A program made the translations under genes and the position numbers. A stretch of DNA of 64,000 nucleotides, taken from contig OX597831.1 in the NCBI GenBank assembly GCA_951406725.2, positions 71,920,001 through 71,984,000 on the forward strand. Reading direction: 5' to 3'. The first letter of the stretch is position 1, and every line of letters starts with the position of its first letter. The notes under the pieces are model-generated. The model was not told the DNA's origin. It saw only the letters and a list, made by a program, of their open reading frames with translations, and did not search any database. Source of the stretch: Octopus vulgaris. Its lineage: Eukaryota. Below, in pieces: positions 25,402 to 37,859 of this stretch.

Positions 25402-26039
25402 TACACGTATTAAATATGTATATACGTATGTAATACGAGCCTTGGAACGACTTTTCGTCTTTGGTCGCATGTCGATAGACGATTGCTGTGTCAGTCAAAC
25501 TTGCTGGTTTTCCAGACTAAGTTTCACAAAAGTATAATTTGTTCTGCGAAGTGAGAAGAGATCAAAATATAAAGTATTTTTTGTATGTCTTGCATTCTGT
25601 TCCCTACAACCATCCAACTGATTTATTGCTATGGACGTCAAAGCATGGCTGTACTCGAGCAGGACGTCAAAACACAACGTCTGTCGATCAACTCACTAGA
25701 AATACTGCATACCTCCCCGAAGACCTCGTTAAAGTAATGTAGGGTCGAGGTTGATAGTGTACGCAAGTTAAAAAAAGTCCGAGCAAATTCAACCAGATGA
25801 CGATGATATGTATATAAGTGTGTAACAATGCGTGTGTAATTGTGGTTACTGCGGTTTAACTTTTTGAACATTTTGTGCATTTCATTAATTTGATTAAGAA
25901 ATAAAAATAACTTATGAGATATAACGTCACCATTTTCAAGAAAGCCAAATTTTCCTAATTGTTTTTGAGACATTTTGTTATATAATCCCGATGACCAGCC
26001 AAACGTACACATGTAAACCAAAGGTTATATTTTATATGT

Positions 26040-26241
26040 TTTATTTGTTTCAGCCCTTTGATTGCGACGATGCCGGGGCACCACTTTCAAGGGTTTAGGC
26101 TGAACAAATCGAACCCAGTGCTTATTGTTACACGTGATACTTATTCTATCGATATATTCTGCCGAAGCGCAGCGCCGGTATCGTAAACAAACCAACACCG
26201 GTTGTCATGAGATGGTGGGAAGGCACAAACACATACCAAAG

Positions 26242-26313
<72 letters not shown>

Positions 26314-26414
26314 TAATGTAGATGAGTACCAACATTTCCGTGTGACACGTTTGAACAATTGTAAATATATTATCCCATGAAACCATTGGTTGCCTTGTTA
26401 ACCTACAAATAAAG

Positions 26415-26479
<65 letters not shown>

Positions 26480-26630
26480 GACACAGTTTCCGTCGAGCAA
26501 ATTCACTCATTCATTCGCAAGACCTTGGTCGGCTCAGCAGTAATGAGTTACACAAGGTGCTGTCCAGAGGGGCTGAACTCGAAACAACGTGGATGCAAAG
26601 TGCGGTTCTTAATCATACACCCATGACTGC
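26040..26630 (-). mobile_element. Degenerate SINE family 1 with expanded internal TA tracts and a ~105-bp insert
   Basis: Tail 26040-26230, core and head 26483-26630; unique insert 26311-26416 between TA tracts. Confidence 0.7.
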
Positions 26631-28017
26631 ACAGGGTTTGCAAATTTACCATTGGTTGTTATTGATTTTCATCGTGCTGTTATTACCATTATTCATTGGT
26701 TCCAGTTGAAACCTATGATCAAAGGCAGGTCAAGCAATGACTGTCTCTATGGTGACAGGCTCTGACTCAGGAATATCTGAAGAAGTGGGCATGGTGGATT
26801 CTGTAGGAGCGCGAAGGGTTGTTTCTTGGCAGGTACGTCTGATGATGTATATACACCCATCACAGTGTTTGGGGATAATGAAGTCATAAACGCCGTTTCC
26901 TCTTCCAATTTTTTCTTCGTAGGGGTTCCATTTTTTCCTATTATGTCGCAGGTGTTGGTATGTCTACATGCATGTAAGAATGTGTCTGTATGTAGAATTG
27001 TATGCCTGCAGATTTCTATAGATACATGTATATACACATATATGCATACATATCTATCTATGAATCTATCTATATCTGTGTTTCTGTATGTGTAGGTATG
27101 AATATGCGTGTGCATGTATGTATGTATGTCAGAATGTAGGTATGTATGTTTCTATGCCTGCACATAGGCAGGTATTTTATGTATATATGCTTGTCTATAT
27201 ACATGCATGTTTATGTTTTATGCATATATATATACATACATACATACACACATACACATACACATATACATGTGTATTTGTATGTATGCATGTATGTATA
27301 CATGTATGCATGCATGTATGTATGTGTGTACGTATGTACGTATGTATGTACGCTCGAGTATATGAATGTTTGTATGTTTGAATATACATCTAAGTTTTTA
27401 TGTATGTATGTACGTATGTATGTATTATATGCGTATGTATGTATGTATGTATATTGTATGTATGTATGTTTGTATGTATGTAAGAATATATGCATGTATG
27501 TATGTGTGCATGCATGTGGGTGTATATATATGTAGATATACATATATATATACATACATACATACATACACACATACATACATATACGTGAGTGCGTGTG
27601 CATAGGCATATATATTTATGTATGTGTTAATGTTTTCTTTTCTAATTCTTTAAATTCTTTCCGCAAATGAAAAAAAAAAGTGGGGCTGCTTTCAAACTAA
27701 GATACAAATCCCTGTCATTGGATTTAGATATCATCAGCAGTAAAGAGTTACATGTTGAATTTTAGAAAGGTATGGCATACTTTCGCTGTTCTGCTGACAG
27801 ATTGAATTTGCAGAAAACGTGTGAGATGCCTACTTTCGGTGACTGAAAACCTCAAATGTTAAAGACTATTACTTGAATACTGAGCAATCTAACCAAGTGT
27901 GTCAATAATTGCTCGTACATCTGTATAGAGCAATTGTAGGTTTTTTGGGGGGTTTTTTCGGATTAGTTGGCTTAAGATATTCTTTGTCTCGATTAATTTA
28001 GTTTTGCGAATGAGCAA

Positions 28018-28322
28018 TCGATTTCGGGTTCAGTCCCACTGTGCCTCAACTTGGGAAAGTGTCTTCTACTATAGATTCGGGCTGCTCAATGCCTTGTAAG
28101 TGGATTTGATAAACGGAAAATGTTTGGAAATCTTTCGTACACACACACGCACACGCAGCCAACCACCCAATACAAACGCGCACACACACAAGCACATACA
28201 TATATGTGTGAGTGCGTATGCATGTCTTCCTTTAAAATATGTTCAGAGATCGGTTTGATTAAATCCTTCAATGTAGTGCTCCAGCGTGGACGCAGTCTAA
28301 TTACTGAAACAAATAAAAGACT
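28018..28322 (+). mobile_element. Degenerate SINE family 1
   Basis: cgggttcagtcccactg...gtgtcttctactatag core; tail gtgctccagcgtggacgcagtc...ctgaaacaaataaaaga. Confidence 0.75.
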
Positions 28323-28425
28323 ATGTATGTATGCTTGCATTCAAGTTTGTTTCTTTCTTTGTATGTATGTATGTATGTATGTATGTATGCATGCATGCAT
28401 GCATGCATGTATGTATGTATGTATG

Positions 28426-28456
<31 letters not shown>

Positions 28457-29699
28457 GTATTCATGTGGATACAGCATACCCGAACAGTGTGAGAGAGCGA
28501 GAGAGAGAAAGAAAGAGGAATTCGTGTCAGCCACCATCCAGGAGAACCATGTAAATCGATCGTAGCGCTTTGTCAGCAAACTCAGACCTCCTAGAAATCC
28601 GTCGAGCTTTGTTCCTTCTCTGATGAGAATAACTTCGACCACAACTAGAAGGTAAACAAGAGGAGTAACGAGTGACTGTGTCTGGAACCCCACAGATATT
28701 CTTACGGTGAGATACATCAATTTTTCACTGTTTCTGATGGGCCTTGGGGTCATGAAAAAATGAGGGTCACGCTATGCTACATCACTTATTCTCGCAGGGC
28801 CTCAGAGTGAATACCATTGCCTGCATCGAAGTGATAGACATAATGGCCACGCCAATGATTGAAGTATTTGCCCCGGCAGCGACCGTGCATGTTCCAACAA
28901 CACTCTGCTCAGTTCCACATGGACTCGCAACCCAGCAGTGAACGATCAATAATTTTCGTTATTATGTAATCACAAACACGTAGCCTTCGGGTTTGTTCTC
29001 CTGGACTGCTACGTCTGAGTAAGTCATCGGACGTGAGAGACCGGCCGATTTCCCCATAGTGCTAAGGACACGTCGGATGCTAGCGTCACGGACGTGTTGT
29101 ATGACATGGGCCATTTCATCTTGGCATGCACGCCTTTCTTGGTCGCATCGGAGCCGCCAGTAGGTTTGAGGGCCGTTTTGCTTGCTGTCCTTTTATTAAT
29201 GGATATATATTGTCGAAGATGGATGTTATTTTTCTAGGAGTATGATGTTTACGTGCTTGGTGTGCTTTTGTTCGTTTTCAATTCTCTGGTGCACCCTCTG
29301 CGTGTGTAATGTGTATAAACAAATACATGCACATATACCGACACACACAGCCAAATATAAACACATATATGTATGTATATATGTACGTATCTATGTATGC
29401 ATGCATGTATGTGTATATACACACATATACATACATACATTTATAGATATATGTGTGAGAGTGTATGTGTGTGTAATATACTTACTTAAGCATAATGGTT
29501 TGCAGTATTTGACACAGTGGTTAGTGACCACTTGACCTCGGGCCAGCTCAGTCTCCTCCGTGACCTGGCAATGAAGTGGATTACTTAAGATCACTATCAA
29601 CTCCTCACTGCCACTCTTCTCTATCTGATGAGGTCAATTCTGATAGCATGTTCTGGAATGTTGTAGTTTCTTAATGGCCAAACAATGAATGAGCAATGG

Positions 29700-30260
29700 T
29701 GATGTTACGTCGGCAGGGGTGATAGTATAGCCATGACAGTAGAGATGACGTTGAGGATGAGGTTCACCGCAATGGTGGTACTGATGCTGCTGGTGATTGT
29801 TGTGTGCTGACGATGCTGCTGGTGACATTAGCGGATATAGTATTGGGGGTAATGGTGAGGGTGGAGGTGATGGTGACAACGCTGCTGCTGGTATGTTAAA
29901 CAATTGGGGAACATGATGACGTATGGTGCTTATGATGATGCTGGGGCTGCTGCTGCTGATGATGATGATGATCATGAGGAGGAGGGGGATGGTAGGGGAT
30001 AGTGGTGATGACGATGAAGATGAAGGTAATGATGAAGAAGAAGAAATAGAAGAGACAAAGAAGAAGAAAAAGAAGATAGGAGGAGGAGGAGGAAGAAGAA
30101 AAAAGAAAAAGAAGATGATGATGATGATGATTGTGATAGTGCTGGTGGCGGCAGAATTAGTGGTGGTGATGAGGATTATGACGATCGTGGTAGTTATGGA
30201 GGTGATGATGATCATAGTAATGGCGTTGTTGTTGCTGCTGACGATGATGATATGATGACG
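29700..30260. repeat. Degenerate trinucleotide low-complexity tract (GAT/GGT/GAA)
   Basis: Direct reading; explains ORFs 29634-30215 and 29923-30255. Confidence 0.8.
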
Positions 30261-30434
30261 CTTAGCTTTTTTAAAATCTTATTGAGCAAACAAACCTATA
30301 ATCAAACACATTCCAGCCACGACTATCCTGACTTTTATTCAGCCAGAAGTACTGCTGTTTAACCCGCTCAAATCGGCCTCAATCAAAAAGATCCTTCGTT
30401 TTCTCATGCATGATGGACCCTGAATAGGATTATA

Positions 30435-30566
30435 TAGGCGCAGGCGTGGCAGCTCTGAGTCCTGTTCCCCTGTATGGCACCTTGGGCAAGTGTCTTCTAC
30501 TATAGCCTTGGGCCGACCAAAGCCTTGTGAGTGGTTTTGATAGACGGAAACTGTAAAAAGCCCGTT
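30435..30566 (+). mobile_element. SINE family 1 head/core
   Basis: aggcgcaggcgtggc...ggcaccttgggcaagtgtcttctactatagcc...gacggaaactg. Confidence 0.85.
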
Positions 30567-30567
30567 T

Positions 30568-30610
<43 letters not shown>

Positions 30611-30619
30611 ATATATACT

Positions 30620-31025
30620 ATTTTACTCTTTTACTTGTTTCAGTCATTTGACTGCGGCCATGCTGGAGCACCGCCTTTTAATCGAGCAAATCGACCCCGG
30701 GACTTATTCTTTTGTAAGCCCAGTACTTATTCTATCGGTCTCTTTTGTCGAACCGCTAAGTAACGGGGACATAAACACACCAGCATCGGTTGTCAAGCAA
30801 TGCTAGGGGGACAAACACAGACACACAAACACACGCACGCATATATATATGTATATATATACGACGGGCCTCTTTCAGTTTCCGTCTACCAAATCCACTC
30901 ACAAGGCTTTGGTCGGCCCGAGGCTATAGTAGAAGACACTTGCCCAAGGTGCCACGCAGTGGGACTGAACCCGGAACCATGTGGTTGGTAAACAAGCTAC
31001 TTACCACACAGCCGCTCCTGCGCCT
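30620..31025 (-). mobile_element. SINE family 1, near-intact copy
   Basis: Full reverse complement of 8340-8793. Confidence 0.95.
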
Positions 31026-31710
31026 ATATATAGATATAACTATATAAATACGAGGGAAAAAATTATTAAAATATTAATTTATACCAGTGCTGTAATAGAA
31101 ATACTATTATAACGTAAGAGTGTATAAAAATTTATACACGGAGAGAAGACAACCATGTGGATTTCTTACATGCTAAAAAGGATAGTCAAATCCCAAACCA
31201 TGAAAAAACATTCTTATTAATGCACATTGCTTGCAGGCGAGCAGGGCACTTGAATGAATAAAAGTCTCAATTTACCCATGAGTTCAACCATTAATGATCA
31301 AATGAATCAATTAATGAGTCAATCTATTGATTATTTAACCGTGTTTCTTCAGTACAGTCACTGGAAAATGCATAATGATGAAACTCTAATATATTACCGA
31401 AAACACAAAGTAAACAGATACGCATTTAGTTCCATCTTTATATATCAAGAATTCAAATCGAATGTCCTCAAGCAACCTGACGAGTCAGAATAGTCACATG
31501 GTGGTCTGCTCTTCGTGTATAACTGTTTATACACTCTTATATATGTACATATATATAATGGAATAATTACTATGAAGCATTGTGCAGAATATATTGCATA
31601 AAAGATCGTGGGTAAGGCCAAAAGAACTCAAGATCACACCAAACAATGCGAAGTAAATGCAAGGTGAATCACAAGAAAACAAATATGTGAATTAATGAAG
31701 ACTTACCTTG

Positions 31711-31750
31711 TATTCAATATTTCGGGGTTATGACCTCATTTTAAAGAAAT
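31711..31750 (-). ncRNA. Decayed U3-A8 HHR in the 3' pLTR
   Basis: TTC-TTTAAAA-T-GAGG(TCATAA)CCCC-GAA-ATAT-T-GAA; G5 mutated. Confidence 0.5.
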
Positions 31751-33562
31751 TGACGAATGTTGCCGATGTGCGTGTATGTGAGCGTGTATGGAGTGGACAT
31801 GCGCAGAAGGGTGTTGCTATAGTAACTAGCTAGCTTTCTATAACTTTACTTCTATTGTTGATTTTGTGTTTCTTTTGGTGTATGAGGATGGCCTCAGAGA
31901 TTCTAAGGTTGCCCTTATTCCACTGTGTTGCCTTGATGTGCACTGTAAATTCCCGGGTCTGGTATTTCCGTAGATGTTTCTTCACGAAAGTGTCTGCCTG
32001 CATTGCATATGTTCCTTAATGCGTATATGCAGTTTACGTGTCGTGTATCCGATGTAGGATGCGCCACATTTGCCACAGTTAATCTCATATATGACATAAG
32101 TCCTCTGGCATAAGTTCAACAATGTGCACTCCTCGGAGTAGTGAGAGGTGTTGTTCTTGGACAGAGCTTTTCTTAGGGAAGGGCCGGTGTTCACTACCTG
32201 TATGTCGAGTCCTTTCCTGCGGATTGCGTGTTGTATCGCTGCAGTAGCTCTCTCATCAAAGTCTGGTAGCTTTAGGAAGCACGTGCCGGACTTGGGAGTG
32301 TGCTGGTTCTTCCGGGGTTTATTGACCTTGTTCTTTAGGCGCCGTTGTTTAGCTAAAGATGGTGGGGAAGTTTTCTATTAGCGGCTTTTCTATAGAATTT
32401 TGGAAATATGGAGCCTTCCTCTGTGATCTTGATTTGGAAGTCGAGTAGAGAGAGAGTTCCAGATTCGTCTGTATGTTCAATCTCGAATTTCATGTTTATG
32501 TCGGTGTTATCGAAGGTCCGGTATATGTTAATGGCCTTATCCCCGGAGGACGTGGAGATAAGGATGTCATCAACGTACATGGTGAAGAAGATGTATGAAC
32601 GGCAGGTGTTGAGGGCTGTGCATTCTAGCTTATTCATGTACGTGATGACCGGCAGGCCTGAAAGGCGAAATCTTATAGGTAGACCGGAAGTCTGTTTGTA
32701 AATCACAGCGTTATACTGAAAATAATGGTTAGTAACACTCGTATGTGCGAGGGTGTGAGGCCGAAGAGCTGGGGGTTGATGGATGGAGAGGTGGGAGAAG
32801 ATGAATAGGAAGATGGGGAGGAGGTTGCAGGGGTGGGAGGTGGCGAGCAAGTAGATGCATGGGGATATAAGGACATGATGTGGTCTATGAGGATATCAAC
32901 GGCCGGGAGAGCGAGTACAGAGGTATAGAGGGAAACTACGTCTAAACTAAAAGGGTTTTTGTTAGTTTTAAGTATGGAGAGGTCGCTATCTCTGAGTCTT
33001 GTGAAAATTTCGTGGGAGCTGCTGACGTGTCCGGGGAATGCGTGTAGTAAGAGCTTAAGGAGTTTAGAGAGGAGCCAGGAAATCTTATAGAAAGGGCCGT
33101 TAATTCCTAATACTATGGGTCTGATTTGAAGCTTAGATCCAGGTTTGTGGATTTTTATTAAATGGTAGAAGGATGGAAGGGTGGTATTTATAGATGTGTA
33201 GTTCAGTCTTAGAGAGATTTTTTTGGTGACAGATGTTGGTCCGGCTGATGCTTATGGTGGACTCCAGTTGGTAAACTTTGTCGTATAGTGTGGTGTCACT
33301 GAAGTGTTCGATACCTAGTTTGTTGTAGGCGGATTTGTCTATAATGTAGAATTCTTTCCCTTTGTCTGAAGGTAGGTAGATGAGGTTTTTGTTTCTTAGG
33401 TTTTGCAAGGTCAGGAATTGGGATTTAGTAAGGTTGCGTGATGGGGAAGGGCTTTTATCCAATATGTTAAGTATGGATTGTTTGAGTCTAGCTAGGTTGG
33501 TGTTGAGTTCGGGGTTGTGAGAGGGAGGGTGGAGTGGGTTATTGAGGTGGTAGACGGGGAAT

Positions 33563-33587
33563 CTAAGTGTAGCGGAGGAAGAAGTAA

Positions 33588-33632
<45 letters not shown>

Positions 33633-33915
33633 AAGAAGAAGAAGAAGAAGAAGAAGAAGAAGAAGAAGAAGAAGAAGAAGAAGAAGAAAGAGATGACGAT
33701 GATGATGATGAAGACGGTGAAGATGATAATGAGGAAGATGTAGGGGCAGTGGAAGGGGAAGAGGAGATAAAGGAGTAGATGATGACGATGACGCTGATGA
33801 AGACGGTAAAGATGATGGGGAAGAAAATGTAGAGATGGTGAGGGTAATATCGGCGGTGATGTTGACAGGGAGGATGTTGGCAGCAATGACGATGAAGGCG
33901 AAGATGATATGGAGG
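33563..33915. repeat. (TAG)n(GAA)n(GAT)n tract interrupting the PLE ORF
   Basis: Direct reading; PLE coding motifs resume on both sides. Confidence 0.8.
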
Positions 33916-35002
33916 AGAGGGTTTAAGGGCCGTAATCTATTTTAGTTGGCAGCTGTCCGACAGAAGTTGGTCTCTATCTCTAATTTCAATTTGTCATTGA
34001 GTTGTGTTAGAATGAATTTGGGTCCGTAGCTTAGCAGTTGTTTCTCTGCCCGTGTGAGAGAACCAGAAAGGTCTGTAACCAGGGTATCGTTAGCAGCAGC
34101 AGCAGTGGCCGTCGTAGGTATGGATGTATTAGGTGGTGTTGGGGCCCTGTGGGTGGTGGTTGTAGGGCGCATAGAGTTCGGTGGTTGGTCAATCATTGCT
34201 ATTGCTGTCGTGTTGGTGGTGGTTGAAGTATTTAAGTTGTTATATTTATTTGTTGGTCAGTGTGATGTATTTTGTTGTTGGTGTTAATGGAGGTGTCGGG
34301 ATGGTGGTAGTAATGTCGTTGGTCGAGTCAGCAGTAGAATTTAATCTGTTGTGAGGAATTTAATCTGATGTGAGGAATATTGTCACTAGTGTCTCTCTCT
34401 AGAAATGGTAGTAGAAATTGTTGTTGATGTAGTTCAACGGATTCTGGGCCGCAGTGGTGTCAGTTCTTAATCCATTGGAATTTTCTTGTAAGGTGTTCCA
34501 TCTCATGGGATAGTCTATTGTGATAGCATTGGTTTATCATGTCGTGTAAGCGAGGGAGAGAGATGTCTGGATAGACGGTTTGTTATGCAAGCTTGGTTTT
34601 TAGATTAGTGATATTAAGAATGTGTTGAGAGAGCCTTCCGTGAAGGTGTTTTAATATTTTCTTAGTAATGGATTTATGTATGAATAAGCGAGAGTTTTTG
34701 AAGCATTCTGGCAGGTGAGTATTCCTTATTGTGTTGGTGAAAATCTGTTTTGACAGTTAGAAAGTTGATCTAGCAACAATTTCTCGCTCTTTTTTGCGTT
34801 AGTTTGAATATTTTTAGCATAATATTCAGTTCCACCTGGCCCAAGCATGACGACATTATAATGGAATAATTACTATGTGGTATTGTACAGAATATATTGT
34901 ATAAAAGATCGTGGGTAAGGCCAAAAGAACTCAAGATCACACAAAACAATGCGAAGTAAATCACAAGAAAACAAATATGTGAATTAATGTATATTTACTT
35001 TA

Positions 35003-35042
35003 TATTCAATATTTCGGAGTTATGACCCCTTTTTCAAGAAAG
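35003..35042 (-). ncRNA. U3-A8 HHR in the 5' pLTR
   Basis: TTC-TTGAAAA-A-GGGG(TCATAA)CTCC-GAA-ATAT-T-GAA. Confidence 0.7.
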
Positions 35043-35820
35043 TGTCGAATGTTGCCGATATGCGTGTATGGAGTGGACATGCGCAGAAGGGTGTTGCTAT
35101 AGTAACTAGCTAGCTTGCTGTAACTCCCTTCTGTTGTTGATTTTGAGTTTCTTTTGGTGTATGAGGATGGCCTCAGAGATTCTAAGGTTGCCCCTGTTCC
35201 ACTGTGTTGCCTTGATGTGCACTGTGAATTCCCGGGACTGGATATTTCTTCACGGTAGTGTCTGCCTGCATTGCATATGTTCCTTAATGCGTATATGCAG
35301 TTTTCTTGTCGTATATCCGATGTAGGATGCGCCACATTTGCCACAGATAATCTCATATATGACAAAAGTCCTCTAGCACAATTCAGGGCCATTGATGGGG
35401 AAGTTCGACGATGTGCACTCCTCGGAGTAGTGAGAGGTGTTGTTCTTGGATAGAACTTTTCTCGGAGAAGGGCTGGTTCGCACAATCTGTATGTCGAGTC
35501 CTTCCCGGCAGACTGTGTGTTGTATTACTGCAACAGTTCCGTCGTCAAAGTATGGTAGCTTTAGGAAGCATGTGCCAGACTTGGAAGTATGCTGGTTCTT
35601 CTGGGATTTATTGACCTTGATGTTCTTAAGGCGCCGTTGTTTAGCTAAAGATGATGGGTAACCATTCAGGGTTAGATCTCTGAGGAACTGTTTGGTGTTG
35701 ACTGTTTTGTCGGTCACGTTGCTGCAATTGTTGTTTATACGTGCAATCTCGTTTCTCACGTAATGCGGATTTGGTCCTGGTGGGCAAGGCCGATTGGTAG
35801 TGGACGAAAAGATTTCTATT

Positions 35821-36328
35821 GTCGAACTTCCCCATCAATGACCCTGAATTATGACAGAGGACTTATGTCGTATATGAGATCATCCGTGGCACATGTGACG
35901 CATCCTACATCGGAAGCACGACAAGAAAACTGCATATATGCATTAAGGAACACATACAGGCAGACACTTCCGCGAAGAAACATCTGCGGAAATGTCAGAC
36001 CAGGGAATTCACAGAACACCTCAAGGCAACACAGCGGAACAGGGGCAGCCTTAGAATCTCTGAGGCCATCCTCATACACGAAAAGAAACCCCAAGATCAA
36101 CAATAGAGGCAAAGTTATAGAAAGCTAGGTGGTTACTATAGCAACACCCTTCTGCGCATGTCCACTCCACACATAATCACACACACACACATCAGCAACA
36201 TTCGTCTATTTCTTGAAAATGGGGTCATAACCCCGAAATATTGAATACGAGGTAGTTCTACATTCACATATTTGTTTTCTTGTGATTTACCTTGCATTTA
36301 CTTCGCATTGTTTTGGTCTTACCCACGA

Positions 36329-36332
<4 letters not shown>
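35821..36332 (+). mobile_element. Inverted PLE-B pLTR (GIY-YIG end + HHR) joined to the 5' end of the element
   Basis: Reverse complement of ~34905-35411; also closely matches 16386-16890; ends in (TA)n. Confidence 0.92.
36207..36247 (+). ncRNA. U3-A8 HHR, best-preserved copy
   Basis: TATTTC-TTGAAAA-T-GGGG(TCATAA)CCCC-GAA-ATAT-T-GAATA. Confidence 0.75.
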
Positions 36333-36370
<38 letters not shown>

Positions 36371-36439
36371 TGTAGAAATACATAAATCCGGAGTAGAAGC
36401 ACACTCTAAGATGTAGAGTAGTTGATACTATAGTGATAT

Positions 36440-36600
36440 TACAGCGTATTTTCAATCATCTATCCTCCTTCAGAGTCCCAGAAAGGAGATACGTGGCATC
36501 GCTGGCCAACCATATCTGGCAAATAAGAGACGAAGGGATTCCATACTCGATCGCATGGAAAATACTCGAAAACCCAGGCCCCTACATCAACAGGACTTCG
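36440..36600 (+). pseudogene. PLE GIY-YIG C-terminal fragment (third family)
   Basis: RIFNHLSSFR...SLANHIWQIRDEGIPYSIAWKILENPGPY matches the PLE R..NH..SF...L..HIW.L...I.W.IL....Y pattern. Confidence 0.75.
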
Positions 36601-36970
36601 CGCTTTTCTTTTACTTTTCTTTTCTATTCTTTTCTTTTTCTTCCTTTCTTTCTTTTTTATTTTTGATACGGTCGTATGTAATTTGAGGAAGATTTAGATT
36701 TAGCTGCTATTTCTAACGTGCAGGCTAACCAAAGAAAAACTGTTGCCTCGTAGGTGGGTGAATTTGTAGAGAACAGGGCAACATGTTTTACGCTTATTAG
36801 TTGCGTTTAGTTAATTATTTTTTAACGTTCTGAGACCACATCGAACCCTAATTGAAACTTAATCGATCTCAACAGCCTTTGAATTTAAAATGTAAAATGA
36901 CGTTATAACACAGAGCAATTTGTCAGTACCTCTACCGATTCTCTCAAAACAAAACAACAACAATGATGAT

Positions 36971-37059
<89 letters not shown>

Positions 37060-37859
37060 TAATAATAAAAATAATGATAATAATAACAATAATAATGCAG
37101 ATTATCAATTCAATTTTAATGGAAAGTATCAACATGCATAAAGAGAGAAAAAATAGTCAGTTTAAGAAAACCGAGTAGAAATCTTGTCATCATCATCATC
37201 ATTATCAACAACAACAACAGTAACAACTGTATACATCCACGTTTCGTTTCATATACAAACACGAACAACGATCAATTGTCCTTTACTTGGCGTTTTGTTG
37301 AATAGGGAAACTCTAGATATGAAACATTTTTCTGAAACAATGAATGCCTGGTAACATTTTGTGCGCTGAAACGGGACCAGTCTTCTACTATCAGAGGAGA
37401 AAACTAACGTCTAGCAAAAGCACAACAGGTTTTACTGATCCCAAACAAACAGGAATTGGAGACAGATTTGGCAGATATTTTAAGGGAAATCTCTTTCAGT
37501 GAGAGAGGGATGTCATTTGGCACCATATTTGCCATTTTTAAAATAGAGGATGGGTTGAAACCTCAGCCCAAATATTACGAGAGACGCCTGTTCATAAGCC
37601 GGTTCCGCAGTATCTGGAAACGAGAAACAGACAGGTCACCGCCAGGGGGCATTTGTGATAACGTCAATTTCCTGACTTGTTATCACCTTTGTAGAACAAT
37701 ATATTCAGGTTGTAAATGCATATGTAACATTTGGTGATACATGGTCGGATGGTATCATTATAGATATATATTCAGTATGGTTCAATAAAATTGAAAGGCG
37801 GGAGAAGAAGTAGACAGTGAGCGAAGGTACTCGTTGGTATTACCGTGCTAACTACAAGA

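Larger units (their letters stand above)
31555..35820 (-). mobile_element. Near-complete Penelope-like element, family B, in partial tandem (pLTR-ORF-pLTR)
   Basis: ATG at 34856 (MSSCLGQVEL...KRAR); LLSYGPKF; YLPSDKG; SLDVVSLYTSV ~32915-32950; YKQTSGLP; YVDDI; LSLLD; YRK; GIY-YIG CGKCGASYIG.TTRKLHIRIKEH; the 3' part is repeated upstream at 34857-35820; disrupted by frameshifts and stops. Confidence 0.93.

Noticed and set aside
29634-30255. 193-aa and 110-aa ORFs as a real low-complexity protein exon
   Set aside because: Degenerate trinucleotide tract open on both strands, with no splice or domain evidence.
35850-35856. In-frame TGA at a conserved Cys of PLE-B (possible selenocysteine as in Naiad PLEs)
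   Set aside because: The other three copies have TGC; the endonuclease is C-terminal and no SECIS was seen, so this is a point mutation.
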